Source of the DNA: an uncultured archaeon
Lineage (GTDB): Archaea > Asgardarchaeota > Lokiarchaeia > Sigyniarchaeales > SOKP01
Direction: 5' to 3'
Assembly: GCA_964632315.1 (NCBI GenBank)
Contig: CAZWEM010000004.1
Span: forward strand, 98,758 to 162,757
DNA length: 64,000 nucleotides
Below the pieces are notes generated by a model that saw only the letters and a list, made by a program, of their open reading frames with translations, was not told the origin of the DNA and did no database searches. The position numbers were made by a program, and so were the translations under genes. Shown piece by piece: positions 1 to 9,186 of the stretch (positions are counted from its first letter, which is position 1; every line of letters starts with the position of its first letter).

Positions 1-1385
1 ACTTGGGCTAATCGTGCAGCTTCAAGGATCTCATCATCTCCAGCCTCTGGTTTTCCAAACGAAATATTTTCTTTAATTGAACGTGGAAATAGGTAAATAT
101 CTTGCTCTACGTATCCTATATGTTTTCTTAATATTTCTAGTGGATAATTTTGTATGTCAATTCCATCTAAAAGTATAGTTCCACTGCTTGGCTTATAAAG
201 CGACAATATCAATTTAGCTAATGTAGTTTTACCACATCCAGTAGGTCCCACTAATGCAACAGTTTGATTGGGCTCAATAGAGAAGGTCAAATTCTCAAAA
301 ACTGGAGTGACATTATTAGATTCATCTTCATAATCAAAACTGACATTTTTAAATTCAATATGACCTTGAAAATTTTCTGGCCATCTATTTAGAGTAGTTG
401 CAGAATCATTTTCGCTTTCCCCTTTTGATAAGGCCTTAAAAAGCCTTTTACATGCTGCAAAACCACTCATCATATCGTTAGTTGCCCAGAAAATTGTATT
501 TGTGGGATCGATTAATGTTGTTAATAATAGATTGACAGAAACTAATACTCCAATCGTAAGTGTATTAAAATATACAAAAATACAGCTTAACATGAACATT
601 GTACTAATCGCTAAATACAAAATTAATAAGGGATAAAATCTAGATTGTACTCTGTTTTCTCCGATCCAATTATCCCTAAATGCTCGAACCGCTGAAAGGA
701 ATTTTTTACGCTCTCTTTTTTCAGCCGTGAAAGTCTTAATTACCGATGTACCACTAATGTCATCTTGAAGGGTTATTGCGATATTGGAATGCTTTTTCAT
801 TCTTGCGGTAACAAATGGCGAAAGTGCTTTTCGATAATGCAGAATAAAATATAGGTAGAAAATAAGGAATGGAATGAAAAATAAAGCAAGTTTAAAATCA
901 AGTAGGTCAAATAAAATAATAGCGGTTATAGCTACTTGAATAAATGGATAAATATAAAAAGCACCGTGAGAGACCATCGTATTAATAATTCTCAGATCAT
1001 AAGTAGCTAATGCTTGCAAATCTCCCGTTCTTGCACTATCATGATATTTAAGTGATTTTGATTGAATTACATCAAAAAATTCAGTTCGCATATCTTTTTC
1101 AATTTTTAGCCCTAAATAGTGACCCAACATCATTGAACTATAATCCATAGAGATGTTTATTAGGTATAAAGATAAAGCCAAAAAAATGAAAGGAAGAATT
1201 TCTGTTATAGTGCTAATCTGTATCGTCTTATCAACAATATCTCCCAATACGAGAGGAATTAGTGTTCTTGTAAACAGAACAAAAACTATGGTAATACCAA
1301 CTAACAAAACAAATATTTTTTGCCTAAACAGATGGTGTAAAAGCCAAGATAAGTGGCTTTTATATCTTCTAATTTCTGAGTTCAT
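1..1385 (-). CDS. ABC transporter ATP-binding/permease (MsbA/MdlB-like exporter), 3'-partial, runs off the window edge
   Basis: Not in the ORF track. Manual translation from ATG 1385 (an in-frame TTG at 1400 is an alternative start) gives MNSEIRRYKSHLSWLL, then TM helices, Walker A VALVGPTGCGKTT, Q-loop GYVEQDIYLF, and DEILEAARLAQ at the window edge. Confidence 0.9.
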   Translation of the reverse strand, partial: MNSEIRRYKSHLSWLLHHLFRQKIFVLLVGITIVFVLFTRTLIPLVLGDIVDKTIQISTITEILPFIFLALSLYLINISMDYSSMMLGHYLGLKIEKDMRTEFFDVIQSKSLKYHDSARTGDLQALATYDLRIINTMVSHGAFYIYPFIQVAITAIILFDLLDFKLALFFIPFLIFYLYFILHYRKALSPFVTARMKKHSNIAITLQDDISGTSVIKTFTAEKRERKKFLSAVRAFRDNWIGENRVQSRFYPLLILYLAISTMFMLSCIFVYFNTLTIGVLVSVNLLLTTLIDPTNTIFWATNDMMSGFAACKRLFKALSKGESENDSATTLNRWPENFQGHIEFKNVSFDYEDESNNVTPVFENLTFSIEPNQTVALVGPTGCGKTTLAKLILSLYKPSSGTILLDGIDIQNYPLEILRKHIGYVEQDIYLFPRSIKENISFGKPEAGDDEILEAARLAQ

Positions 1386-1474
1386 AAATTTTTCATCCAA
1401 TCTATTAACTTAAAAATTTCCCAAATCATAAAAGATTACTGATAATCACACTTAATGAAAATCATTAGATTGAA

Positions 1475-2527
1475 CTAGGTTTGAGAAAGTAGTTCTATCA
1501 GAGCTCGTGGAATTTCCTTATAATTCTTTACTGCAAAAAACTTTCCTCTCCCGGCATTAGCAATTTCGCGACATGTGTCAATTCCCCGATCAGCATCATT
1601 ATTAGCGGGCATTCCTATAACGTGTAATTTAGGAAAGTTTTTGGCTAATCCTATGGGATCCTTTCCACGATTATAATTCCCATCTGTAATTAATATCCCG
1701 AATTTTTGATGAGTCTTTTCTTTGATTTTGTTAAGTTCTTTTAAACCTTTTTCAAGACCAATAGAAATATTAGTAAACCCTACTGCTTCCGAATCCAAAA
1801 TTTCATCAATAATAGTAAATACGGGTTTTTTCTGATCTATTTTTTTGAGAGTCATCGCTGTAGAATTAAATAGAATGATGGCGAATTCCTCCTTTTCCAT
1901 ATTATAAGCAAGGACAGATGTAGTCAATGCAGCATTCAGTAATAATCGTCCATACATGCTACCGCTCGTGTCAAGGATCAAAACAACCTTCCTTTTTTGT
2001 CTTTGTCGCTTAATTCCATGTATATCATTATATGCGAGTGTTTTATTAGCAACTTTTAAAGGGTGGTGTTGCAGAGTCTCATCCAAATCAAACTCGGGTT
2101 CTCCTATTTGATAAAAAGGTATGACCTTCTTGAATGAACCCCTTATTCCTTTACTTGTAATTCTTAAGGAAGTTTTTATTATACTTTGACGAGCTAATCT
2201 TCGAAAAATATATTTATACTTTTTAGAGATGGGTCTTCTTATGAAAAAGTAAACTTCTGCCATAGATTCAGCTGACTCTTTGGCTTTCTCTGTGAAGAAT
2301 TTTACTCCTTCATCAGAATCTAATGCATCAGTTGCTGCATATACGTTTGACTTCAATAATCCCATTATTGCTTCCAAATTTTTATAACTTATAGCTAAAT
2401 AAGTCAACTCTTTAATTTGTTTATAATCTAAAGAATTTGCTAAATGTAGATAATAATCTGGCTTTCTCTTTTTCTTTCGAATTATCTCATACCTCAAAAT
2501 TTCATTATCAGGGATCCTTTCAGTCAT
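1475..2527 (-). CDS. VWA (MIDAS) domain protein, CoxE/MoxR-associated; possibly expressed as a -1 frameshift fusion with the upstream ATPase
   Basis: MIDAS motif DTSGSM, TNI, ITDG. The frame stays open upstream to 2599. Confidence 0.88.
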   Translation of the reverse strand: MTERIPDNEILRYEIIRKKKRKPDYYLHLANSLDYKQIKELTYLAISYKNLEAIMGLLKSNVYAATDALDSDEGVKFFTEKAKESAESMAEVYFFIRRPISKKYKYIFRRLARQSIIKTSLRITSKGIRGSFKKVIPFYQIGEPEFDLDETLQHHPLKVANKTLAYNDIHGIKRQRQKRKVVLILDTSGSMYGRLLLNAALTTSVLAYNMEKEEFAIILFNSTAMTLKKIDQKKPVFTIIDEILDSEAVGFTNISIGLEKGLKELNKIKEKTHQKFGILITDGNYNRGKDPIGLAKNFPKLHVIGMPANNDADRGIDTCREIANAGRGKFFAVKNYKEIPRALIELLSQT

Positions 2528-2583
2528 CCTAACATGGAGACGCTGCTTCTCCTTCTCCTCTTCTCTAGGGGAAAAATCATCGA

Positions 2584-3456
2584 TTATTGAAAATCCGTCT
2601 TATTTAGCACTGTAAGGACTAGATCAGTTATAACTTCAGATTTGTTTCGAGTAATTCCATCTTCTAATTCAATTTTATTATGTAAAGACATAATTGAATT
2701 TTCAATCCACTCTTTTGTGCTTTTTGAATTACCTGTTCTTGAAATGATATCTGCTAAGTCAATTGCTCCTCTTATTGAACTTCCACGTCTGAGAGAACTA
2801 CTCCCCCTTGAAAGTTGAACAATTTTTTGAGCAATTTGTGCTATTTTTTCTCCTTCCGAATCATTTAGACTCGCTTCTTTCTTAATTATTAAGACTTCTT
2901 CGTCAGGATTTTGATAATCCAATTTTATCCAGATAAATCTGTCTTTTAATGCTTCTCCAAGTATAGTAACTCCAATATGAGCTGCTGGATTTTGGGTAGC
3001 TATAACAAAAAAGTTATCCTTAGCTTCAATTAGCCCTAGTTTAGGAATATCAATAATCCGTTCATCTAAGGAAGTTAAAAGAGAGTTTTGAGTGTTTTCT
3101 GGCATTCTGTTAATCTCGTTGATGAATAAACAACCACCATTTTGCATTGCTTTGGTTAATGGACCATAAATATAGGAATCTTTAGTATAACCATTTGAAA
3201 TGGCGAGTGGCGGATCAAAATATCCAATAAGATTATGCGGCAAAGTTTCCTCAGAACAATCTATCCTATAGAAATTAGAATCAAAATAAGATGCTAAAGC
3301 TTTAGCTATTGTAGTTTTTCCCACTCCTACATCTCCCTCAATAAGGATATTTTTCCCTACTGAACGTGCTAAAATCATTTTTCGTAATTCTTCTGACCTA
3401 CCAATAATAGCATACTTCTGTTGTATTTCTTTGACAGTTTCAGACACATCTACCAT
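2584..3456 (-). CDS. MoxR/CoxD-family AAA+ ATPase
   Basis: Walker A GDVGVGKT, Walker B variant FINEINR, ATQNP, LKDRF, SIRG sensor II; adjacent to a VWA gene. Confidence 0.9.
   Translation of the reverse strand: MVDVSETVKEIQQKYAIIGRSEELRKMILARSVGKNILIEGDVGVGKTTIAKALASYFDSNFYRIDCSEETLPHNLIGYFDPPLAISNGYTKDSYIYGPLTKAMQNGGCLFINEINRMPENTQNSLLTSLDERIIDIPKLGLIEAKDNFFVIATQNPAAHIGVTILGEALKDRFIWIKLDYQNPDEEVLIIKKEASLNDSEGEKIAQIAQKIVQLSRGSSSLRRGSSIRGAIDLADIISRTGNSKSTKEWIENSIMSLHNKIELEDGITRNKSEVITDLVLTVLNKTDFQ
2590..2596 (-). other. Putative -1 ribosomal frameshift heptamer G_GAT_TTT
   Basis: It is in the correct X_XXY_YYZ phase just before the ATPase stop. The -1 frame is open from 2599 and continuous with the VWA ORF. 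Confidence 0.55.
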
Positions 3457-3585
3457 AAGTTCTAAAATTTATCATTTCTAAAAAACTAGTCTGCTAGATT
3501 TTATTCCTCTTAAGAATTTGAAGAAACCTGTAATGATAATATTTTGAGAAAGGTTTTCTTTCAGAATTCATTTTAATTTTGCATA

Positions 3586-4437
3586 ATGCCGATATCTTCC
3601 GAATTTATCAAGCTGGTCGAAGAAGTATCAAATGAAATTAATTTACCAACAATAAAAGATATTATTGTACCACCCTACAATAATGAGTCAAAGAAAGCAA
3701 ACTTTTCTGCAATTGTATTAGAGGATTCTACAATAGGTTTAATTTTTATCAATCTTAATCCAACAATTAAACAAAAATTTAAAACAGAGGACTTTTCGAA
3801 ATTAAAAAAGAGGGGATTATTGCAATTATCAAGATCATTTAAATCTAAGGACTTATTTGAAAAATCACTGGGTTTAGGTTGTATTAATGCGATTAGCCAA
3901 TTCATTTTTAAAAAAGCAAACTTTAATCTTAATTTCACATCTGATTCCCTTGGCTTGCTAAATATTAAACATAATGATATAATTGGCATGGTAGGTTTTT
4001 TTCCACCCTTGGTAAAATTAATTGAAAAAATCGGATCTAAATTGATTATCATTGAAAAAAAACAAGAATTAGTTCAAGAGACAAATTCATGGACAGTAAC
4101 CCTTGAACCAAGTAAGTTAAAAGATTGTAATAAAATTTTAATTACAGGAACTACAGTTTTAAATGAAACAATCGATAATATTTTACAGTATTGTACAAAT
4201 GCAACACACGCATCTATTATAGGGCCTTCTGCTAGCTTTCTGCCGGATCCTATATTTGAGCGAGGTATTAATATTATAGGGGGTGCCTTCGTTATTGATT
4301 CAGATTATTTAATCAGATCGATACAAGGAAATATAAAATGGGGTAAATCTGTTGAGAAATATGTTATTCATAGGGAAAATTATCCAGGATATGAGGATTT
4401 TATTTCTCATATACTCAAAAACAATTCACAATTATAA
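3586..4437 (+). CDS. DUF364/DUF4213-type Rossmann-like protein (putative metal or pterin chelation)
   Basis: SLGLGCINAISQ, GMVGFFPP, ITGTTVLNETID and IGPSAS motifs typical of DUF364. Confidence 0.85.
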   Translation: MPISSEFIKLVEEVSNEINLPTIKDIIVPPYNNESKKANFSAIVLEDSTIGLIFINLNPTIKQKFKTEDFSKLKKRGLLQLSRSFKSKDLFEKSLGLGCINAISQFIFKKANFNLNFTSDSLGLLNIKHNDIIGMVGFFPPLVKLIEKIGSKLIIIEKKQELVQETNSWTVTLEPSKLKDCNKILITGTTVLNETIDNILQYCTNATHASIIGPSASFLPDPIFERGINIIGGAFVIDSDYLIRSIQGNIKWGKSVEKYVIHRENYPGYEDFISHILKNNSQL

Positions 4438-4440
4438 GCT

Positions 4441-5319
4441 TCAATTAAAAAAAATGTGATATAACGAGGGCATATTAGGAATTGGAAGAAAATTAAATAC
4501 ATAAAGAAATAGGAATGCAAATCCAAGTAATGTAAGAACTATAAAAATCATATCTAACAAATTAAACCGAATTTTAATTAAGTTTGTCCTTGTTTTATAG
4601 ATCCCAAAACATCGATTCTCCATAGAAAGAGAGGTTATTTGTCCTTTTCTCAAAGTAGATACCAAGGTCCCAATCATTCTCTCAGTGATAAATGAATATG
4701 CTTTACGAAACGTTTTAACTTGATCCATGCTAAAGCCACGTGCTTTTTGAGCTAATGCAATTGTTTTAGCCTCTTCTTCAATTGAAGGAATGAATCGAAG
4801 ACCCACCATAAAAGCAAAACAAAATTTATATGGAATTCTCATTTTGATTAGCGCGTACACAAAATCTTTAGGAGAAGTTGTATTAGTAAACAATATCGCT
4901 GAAGTGTAAAGAGTTAATATAATAAAGAAAGCTTTTAAAGCAAAGTATACTGCTAATCTTCTAATTGGTAAAAATCGTAAGTTAAACAAATAAAATAGAA
5001 TGATTTCATTCTCAGTTGGCAGGGCATTAAAAAAGATATTTAAAACAACACTAATTAGCAAAATTATTACCATAAAACGTAATTTTTTAAAAATAAACTT
5101 TGGTGTAATTTTGGCTATAAACAACATAATGATAACAGATAAAGATAATAAGGATTGTAAAATAATGCTACCAATAAGGAAGGTTTCGATTGTTAGAAAT
5201 AAAAGAAATAATAATTTTGAAATTGGTGTTAATTTGTGAAAAAAAGAATTGTTTGAAATATATGCAAATAGATAATCTCTATTATCTAATATTCGGTTTT
5301 TATGTGCCAGATAATTCAC
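4441..5319 (-). CDS. ecfT: ECF transporter transmembrane component T
   Basis: LTPISKL N-terminus, LRFIP, AQKARG and SMENRCF coupling-helix Arg motifs. Confidence 0.92.
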   Translation of the reverse strand: MNYLAHKNRILDNRDYLFAYISNNSFFHKLTPISKLLFLLFLTIETFLIGSIILQSLLSLSVIIMLFIAKITPKFIFKKLRFMVIILLISVVLNIFFNALPTENEIILFYLFNLRFLPIRRLAVYFALKAFFIILTLYTSAILFTNTTSPKDFVYALIKMRIPYKFCFAFMVGLRFIPSIEEEAKTIALAQKARGFSMDQVKTFRKAYSFITERMIGTLVSTLRKGQITSLSMENRCFGIYKTRTNLIKIRFNLLDMIFIVLTLLGFAFLFLYVFNFLPIPNMPSLYHIFFN

Positions 5320-7109
5320 ATCCCTTGTATGAGTTTATTTATTTTATTTAATAATAATATTGGTCCAAGATTTTGATGTTTATTGAAATAGTTCTCTTTG
5401 GTGTCATAATCAATTAATGTACCATTTTTATTCAATTCTAAAATTCGCTTGGTATATTTTAATAGGAGATGATAATCATGTGAGGAGATTATAATTGTTT
5501 TGCCTCTTTTATTTTCTAAATAAAGCGTCTCAATTAGAAAATCTATTGTCCTTTGGTCTTGCCCTATAAAAGGTTCATCTAATAAAATAATTTCTGGATT
5601 ATAAATGAAGATTGAACTTAAATTCAATCTTCTTTTCTGGCCCCAGCTTAATTGGAAAGGATTTCGATTCTGATCTACAATACCTATTAATCTAATTAGT
5701 TTGTTTAAGTATTGATCTGAAATTTTATCTGCTATATTAAAGTTTATGGGAGCATATAATATTTCATCTTTTAAAGTTTGTTTAAAGATCATATTTTCTG
5801 GATTCTGAAATATAAATCCGATTTTTTGAGCATATTCAATTGGATCAATGCTGCTTAAATTCATTCCGTTAAAAAAAATCTTTCCTTTGGTTGGTTGGTA
5901 TAGATTAGCTAATAAATACAACAAAGTTGTTTTTCCCGAACCGTTTGCTCCAATTACCCCTATAAAATCGCCTTTCTCAATCTTTATGCTTAAATTCTCG
6001 ATTGCTTTGATTCCACTATTAGGGTATTTAAAACCTAACTCTTTAGTTTCTAAAATTACATTTTTTTCAGTAATTTTATTATTTCTGACTGAATCTTCAG
6101 GTATTTTACCTTTTAGCGATTCAATGTACAAATCTGAAAAAAGAATTTTTAAATCATTAGGATTGTAAAATTCTTCAGTTTTAGGATTAATTTCGGAATC
6201 AAGAGTAATTTTCTTTAATAAGATAAGATCTTTTTTGTTTAAATCTCCGATAAGGTCAAAGATCTGCTCGAAATGAATTGGTTTTGGTGTATTCGGATGA
6301 TTTTGCTTATTTAATTGATTAAAAACATCACTGAACCATGGAACCCTAAGATTACACTTTTTTAACACATTATAATCATTTGTAAAAACTTCTCCTATTT
6401 TCCCCTTTACTTGAGATTCTCCGTTCTCATTTAAAACAAGAATTTTATCTGCAATATCCAATACCCTAGCTAATCGATGTTCAATTATTATGAGTGTAAG
6501 GGAATATCTCTCTGATTGTTTTAATTTTTTTAATTGATTTAATAATAAACTCTCTGAATTTTGATCTAAATAAGCAATTGGTTCGTCTAAAATTAAAATT
6601 TTAGGTTCCATTGCCAAAAATGAACTAAGTACGGTAAGTTGTTTTTGACCCCCACTCAATTGATTTATATCTCTATTTAGTAGATGTTTAATTTGCATAA
6701 ATTCGGCAATCTCATCTACTTTTTTTACTATATCTTCTTCTGGATATTGTAAATTTTCTAAACCGAAAGCTATTTCATCCCTAACTGTAAATGTAGTTAA
6801 TTGATCTAATGGGTTCTGGTTAACTAGGCCAACTATTTTACTTAATTCCGAAAATTTATAATCCCATACATCTTTACCAAAAATCTTTACAGACCCTTTC
6901 ATATAACCCTTTAATCGCCATGGAATAATACCATTCATCGCATAAGAGAGGGTAGATTTTCCGCTTCCACTTGGTCCAGCTATGATTAACGTTTCTCCAT
7001 CTCTAAGCTCAAAAGTAATATTTGAAACTGCAGGAGTTTTATTTTTTTCCTTTCCATAAATAAAAGAGAAGTTATCATAAGAAAGGGCGGCATTATTAAT
7101 TAGGATCAC
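5316..7109 (-). CDS. ecfA: ECF transporter ATPase with duplicated A-A' domains
   Basis: Two ABC domains: GPSGSGKS / LSGGQKQ / LDEP and GANGSGKT / LSWGQKRR / LDEP; QNP Q-helix motifs. Confidence 0.93.
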   Translation of the reverse strand: MILINNAALSYDNFSFIYGKEKNKTPAVSNITFELRDGETLIIAGPSGSGKSTLSYAMNGIIPWRLKGYMKGSVKIFGKDVWDYKFSELSKIVGLVNQNPLDQLTTFTVRDEIAFGLENLQYPEEDIVKKVDEIAEFMQIKHLLNRDINQLSGGQKQLTVLSSFLAMEPKILILDEPIAYLDQNSESLLLNQLKKLKQSERYSLTLIIIEHRLARVLDIADKILVLNENGESQVKGKIGEVFTNDYNVLKKCNLRVPWFSDVFNQLNKQNHPNTPKPIHFEQIFDLIGDLNKKDLILLKKITLDSEINPKTEEFYNPNDLKILFSDLYIESLKGKIPEDSVRNNKITEKNVILETKELGFKYPNSGIKAIENLSIKIEKGDFIGVIGANGSGKTTLLYLLANLYQPTKGKIFFNGMNLSSIDPIEYAQKIGFIFQNPENMIFKQTLKDEILYAPINFNIADKISDQYLNKLIRLIGIVDQNRNPFQLSWGQKRRLNLSSIFIYNPEIILLDEPFIGQDQRTIDFLIETLYLENKRGKTIIISSHDYHLLLKYTKRILELNKNGTLIDYDTKENYFNKHQNLGPILLLNKINKLIQGM

Positions 7110-7115
7110 CCTCTA

Positions 7116-7721
7116 TTAAAATGTAGTTGGTACGCCAGCTTTTATAAGACTACTTTTTACCACTTTACCCAATAATCCAACAATTAACATGCCTGAGATA
7201 AAAGCAAACATGAAAGCAAGGACCCATAAAGACCAGTGGAGAGCCCATCTCTGATTTACTATCCAGAAAAAAGGAGCTTGAAAAAAGTTGCCAAATCCCC
7301 CTGCAATAGCCCATCCTAATTTCGTTTCACCTTCCCCAATTTTTTCCATTAACCAGAATCCGCCTGCCAAACATAATCCTTCCATTACATTCACAAAAAT
7401 GATTAGTAAACCCCAAGGATCACCAAATAAAAACTCAAGTAATCCTTTAGAAAACATAGTGATTAATATATTAGGTTTTTTTTTAGTTAAACCGTAAATT
7501 ATTGACGCCCATATGACATGATGCCCACTTATTAATTGCGTGCCCCCTGTTAAAGGATACCAAACTTTAATTAGTATACTAAAAGGTATTAAGCTAGATA
7601 TAATCCCTCCCAATACCCCAATTATTGTAGAATAGAGTAAATCTAAATTAGTTATCTTCTTTGACTCAACTTTATACCCTGTTTCTCTATATGTTTCATT
7701 AGTTTTTTCTTGGGTTTCCAT
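7116..7721 (-). CDS. ECF transporter substrate-binding S component (group I; substrate unknown)
   Basis: ~200 aa with about six TM helices, directly upstream of ecfA-ecfT. Confidence 0.8.
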   Translation of the reverse strand: METQEKTNETYRETGYKVESKKITNLDLLYSTIIGVLGGIISSLIPFSILIKVWYPLTGGTQLISGHHVIWASIIYGLTKKKPNILITMFSKGLLEFLFGDPWGLLIIFVNVMEGLCLAGGFWLMEKIGEGETKLGWAIAGGFGNFFQAPFFWIVNQRWALHWSLWVLAFMFAFISGMLIVGLLGKVVKSSLIKAGVPTTF

Positions 7722-7760
7722 TTTTTTATCTTCCTCAATATTATGAATTATTTTGTATTT

Positions 7761-8309
7761 TCATATGATTTCAATCAAAGCTAATTGTTGAACTGAATAT
7801 TGCGAGCTAACTTCCCCAATAGGCATGACTGATTGATTTAAAGCAGATCTTAAAGGTCCGTCTCCAAATAACGGGTAACCTCCTTCCGCATACGCAATTA
7901 TAACCAAGTTAGGATAATTTCTAGCTATTGATAAATTTAAAGGTTGCGGAGAACGATAAGCATCTCGCCCCCATAAAATAAATGTCAGGGAATTAGGGTT
8001 GTCATTTAAAATATCCTCCACTTCTAATATACTCCAAAGAGATACTCCAGAGTATACTTTTTCGTAAGAATTTCCCACTCTATTTTCAAAAAAGAATTTT
8101 TGATCGATGACTTGGATATACTTACTTGATTTTAATTCGTTTAAATTGATCGTTATATCTCCTTTTACTCCAGATCCATTAATTTTTATGGTATTTGGAT
8201 TCTGAAATAAATTGATATCTAAAGTGATCACCGCATAAATCGTAAGCCAAAATGCAGTTAATGCGATACATATAGACGCTACTAAAATATAAAAGTTCCT
8301 TCTATTCAT
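7761..8309 (-). CDS. Membrane-anchored sulfite-oxidase-fold (Oxidored_molyb-like) single-domain protein lacking the Mo-ligating Cys
   Basis: N-terminal TM helix; YSGVSLWSIL, GRDAY, IIAY and DGPLRS motifs. Confidence 0.75.
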   Translation of the reverse strand: MNRRNFYILVASICIALTAFWLTIYAVITLDINLFQNPNTIKINGSGVKGDITINLNELKSSKYIQVIDQKFFFENRVGNSYEKVYSGVSLWSILEVEDILNDNPNSLTFILWGRDAYRSPQPLNLSIARNYPNLVIIAYAEGGYPLFGDGPLRSALNQSVMPIGEVSSQYSVQQLALIEII

Positions 8310-8322
8310 AGAATTCTCAATT

Positions 8323-9186
8323 TTAATAATTTTTGGTATAATATTTTTTTTTATAATAATAGATTATTGATATAAGGCTAATCCCTAGCAATAAGTTAAT
8401 TATTGGAAATCCATCTATGCTTTCACTCTGGAATATCAAATTAAGAGAATGAGTATATGATACGGAATGATCCTGACTAAATGCAGAATCATTAATTACT
8501 CCTATATTAAATTCATATAATTTGGTTCTATCAAATTGAATGTCAAAATCCTTATCAGATGTGGATAGTTTTCTAGAAATCTCTAATGTATAATGGGAAT
8601 TAAAGGCTGTTGTATATCCAAGTCCTATTGTTGAGAGATCATTTTCATTGGTATGACCGTTAGGACCAAAACTTTGGTCTATCCCAAAGCCATTTGAGTT
8701 ATTAATCGGCGAAAGCTCATTGATGTACCAAACCCATGAATCAATATATCCACCGCCCATATGAGAAGTATCCATCCCACCTGGGTAATATGCGGTAAAA
8801 TTAGGCACGTTTATATTCCAACACATATAAAACCCATCTCTAGTACTTGGATGAGTGGTATGATCTGGCCAAACACATAAAATAAAGAGATTATTATCAT
8901 TTCTTATAAATGACATGTTAAGAGTAGTGATAATGGCATGGTCTATAGTGGAGACATTAATTTGAGCATGACCTTCATTATTTTCTTGCCAAAAAGTCTC
9001 ATTTGTAATACCATCTAATCGTATATTAGCATTTGGATAATAAGGAACGTTTATTATTTGTCCTGTATGATGTTCTCTACAATCTCCAGAGAAAGCTTTT
9101 GAAATTGGGATGATAAATAGAATTATAAGGAAAAAAAACAATAAAGAGACATTTAATAGTTCTTTAAGTTTCAATTTTACTCTCAC
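8323..9186 (-). CDS. Secreted DOMON/EbdC-like putative heme b-binding protein with a C-terminal Loki-CTERM-like anchor
   Basis: Signal peptide; IRLDG..E.FW, LCVWPD, D.W.W, YTLEISRKL.T.D..DIQF pattern; candidate Met and His ligands; C-terminal IDGFP + TM + KKK. Confidence 0.7.
   Translation of the reverse strand: MRVKLKLKELLNVSLLFFFLIILFIIPISKAFSGDCREHHTGQIINVPYYPNANIRLDGITNETFWQENNEGHAQINVSTIDHAIITTLNMSFIRNDNNLFILCVWPDHTTHPSTRDGFYMCWNINVPNFTAYYPGGMDTSHMGGGYIDSWVWYINELSPINNSNGFGIDQSFGPNGHTNENDLSTIGLGYTTAFNSHYTLEISRKLSTSDKDFDIQFDRTKLYEFNIGVINDSAFSQDHSVSYTHSLNLIFQSESIDGFPIINLLLGISLISIIYYYKKKYYTKNY

Noticed and set aside
2575-2605. BHB intron as the explanation for the MoxR-VWA junction
   Set aside because: A small GATT/AATC hairpin exists, but no 4-bp central helix with 3-nt bulges can be drawn. 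A -1 frameshift fits better.
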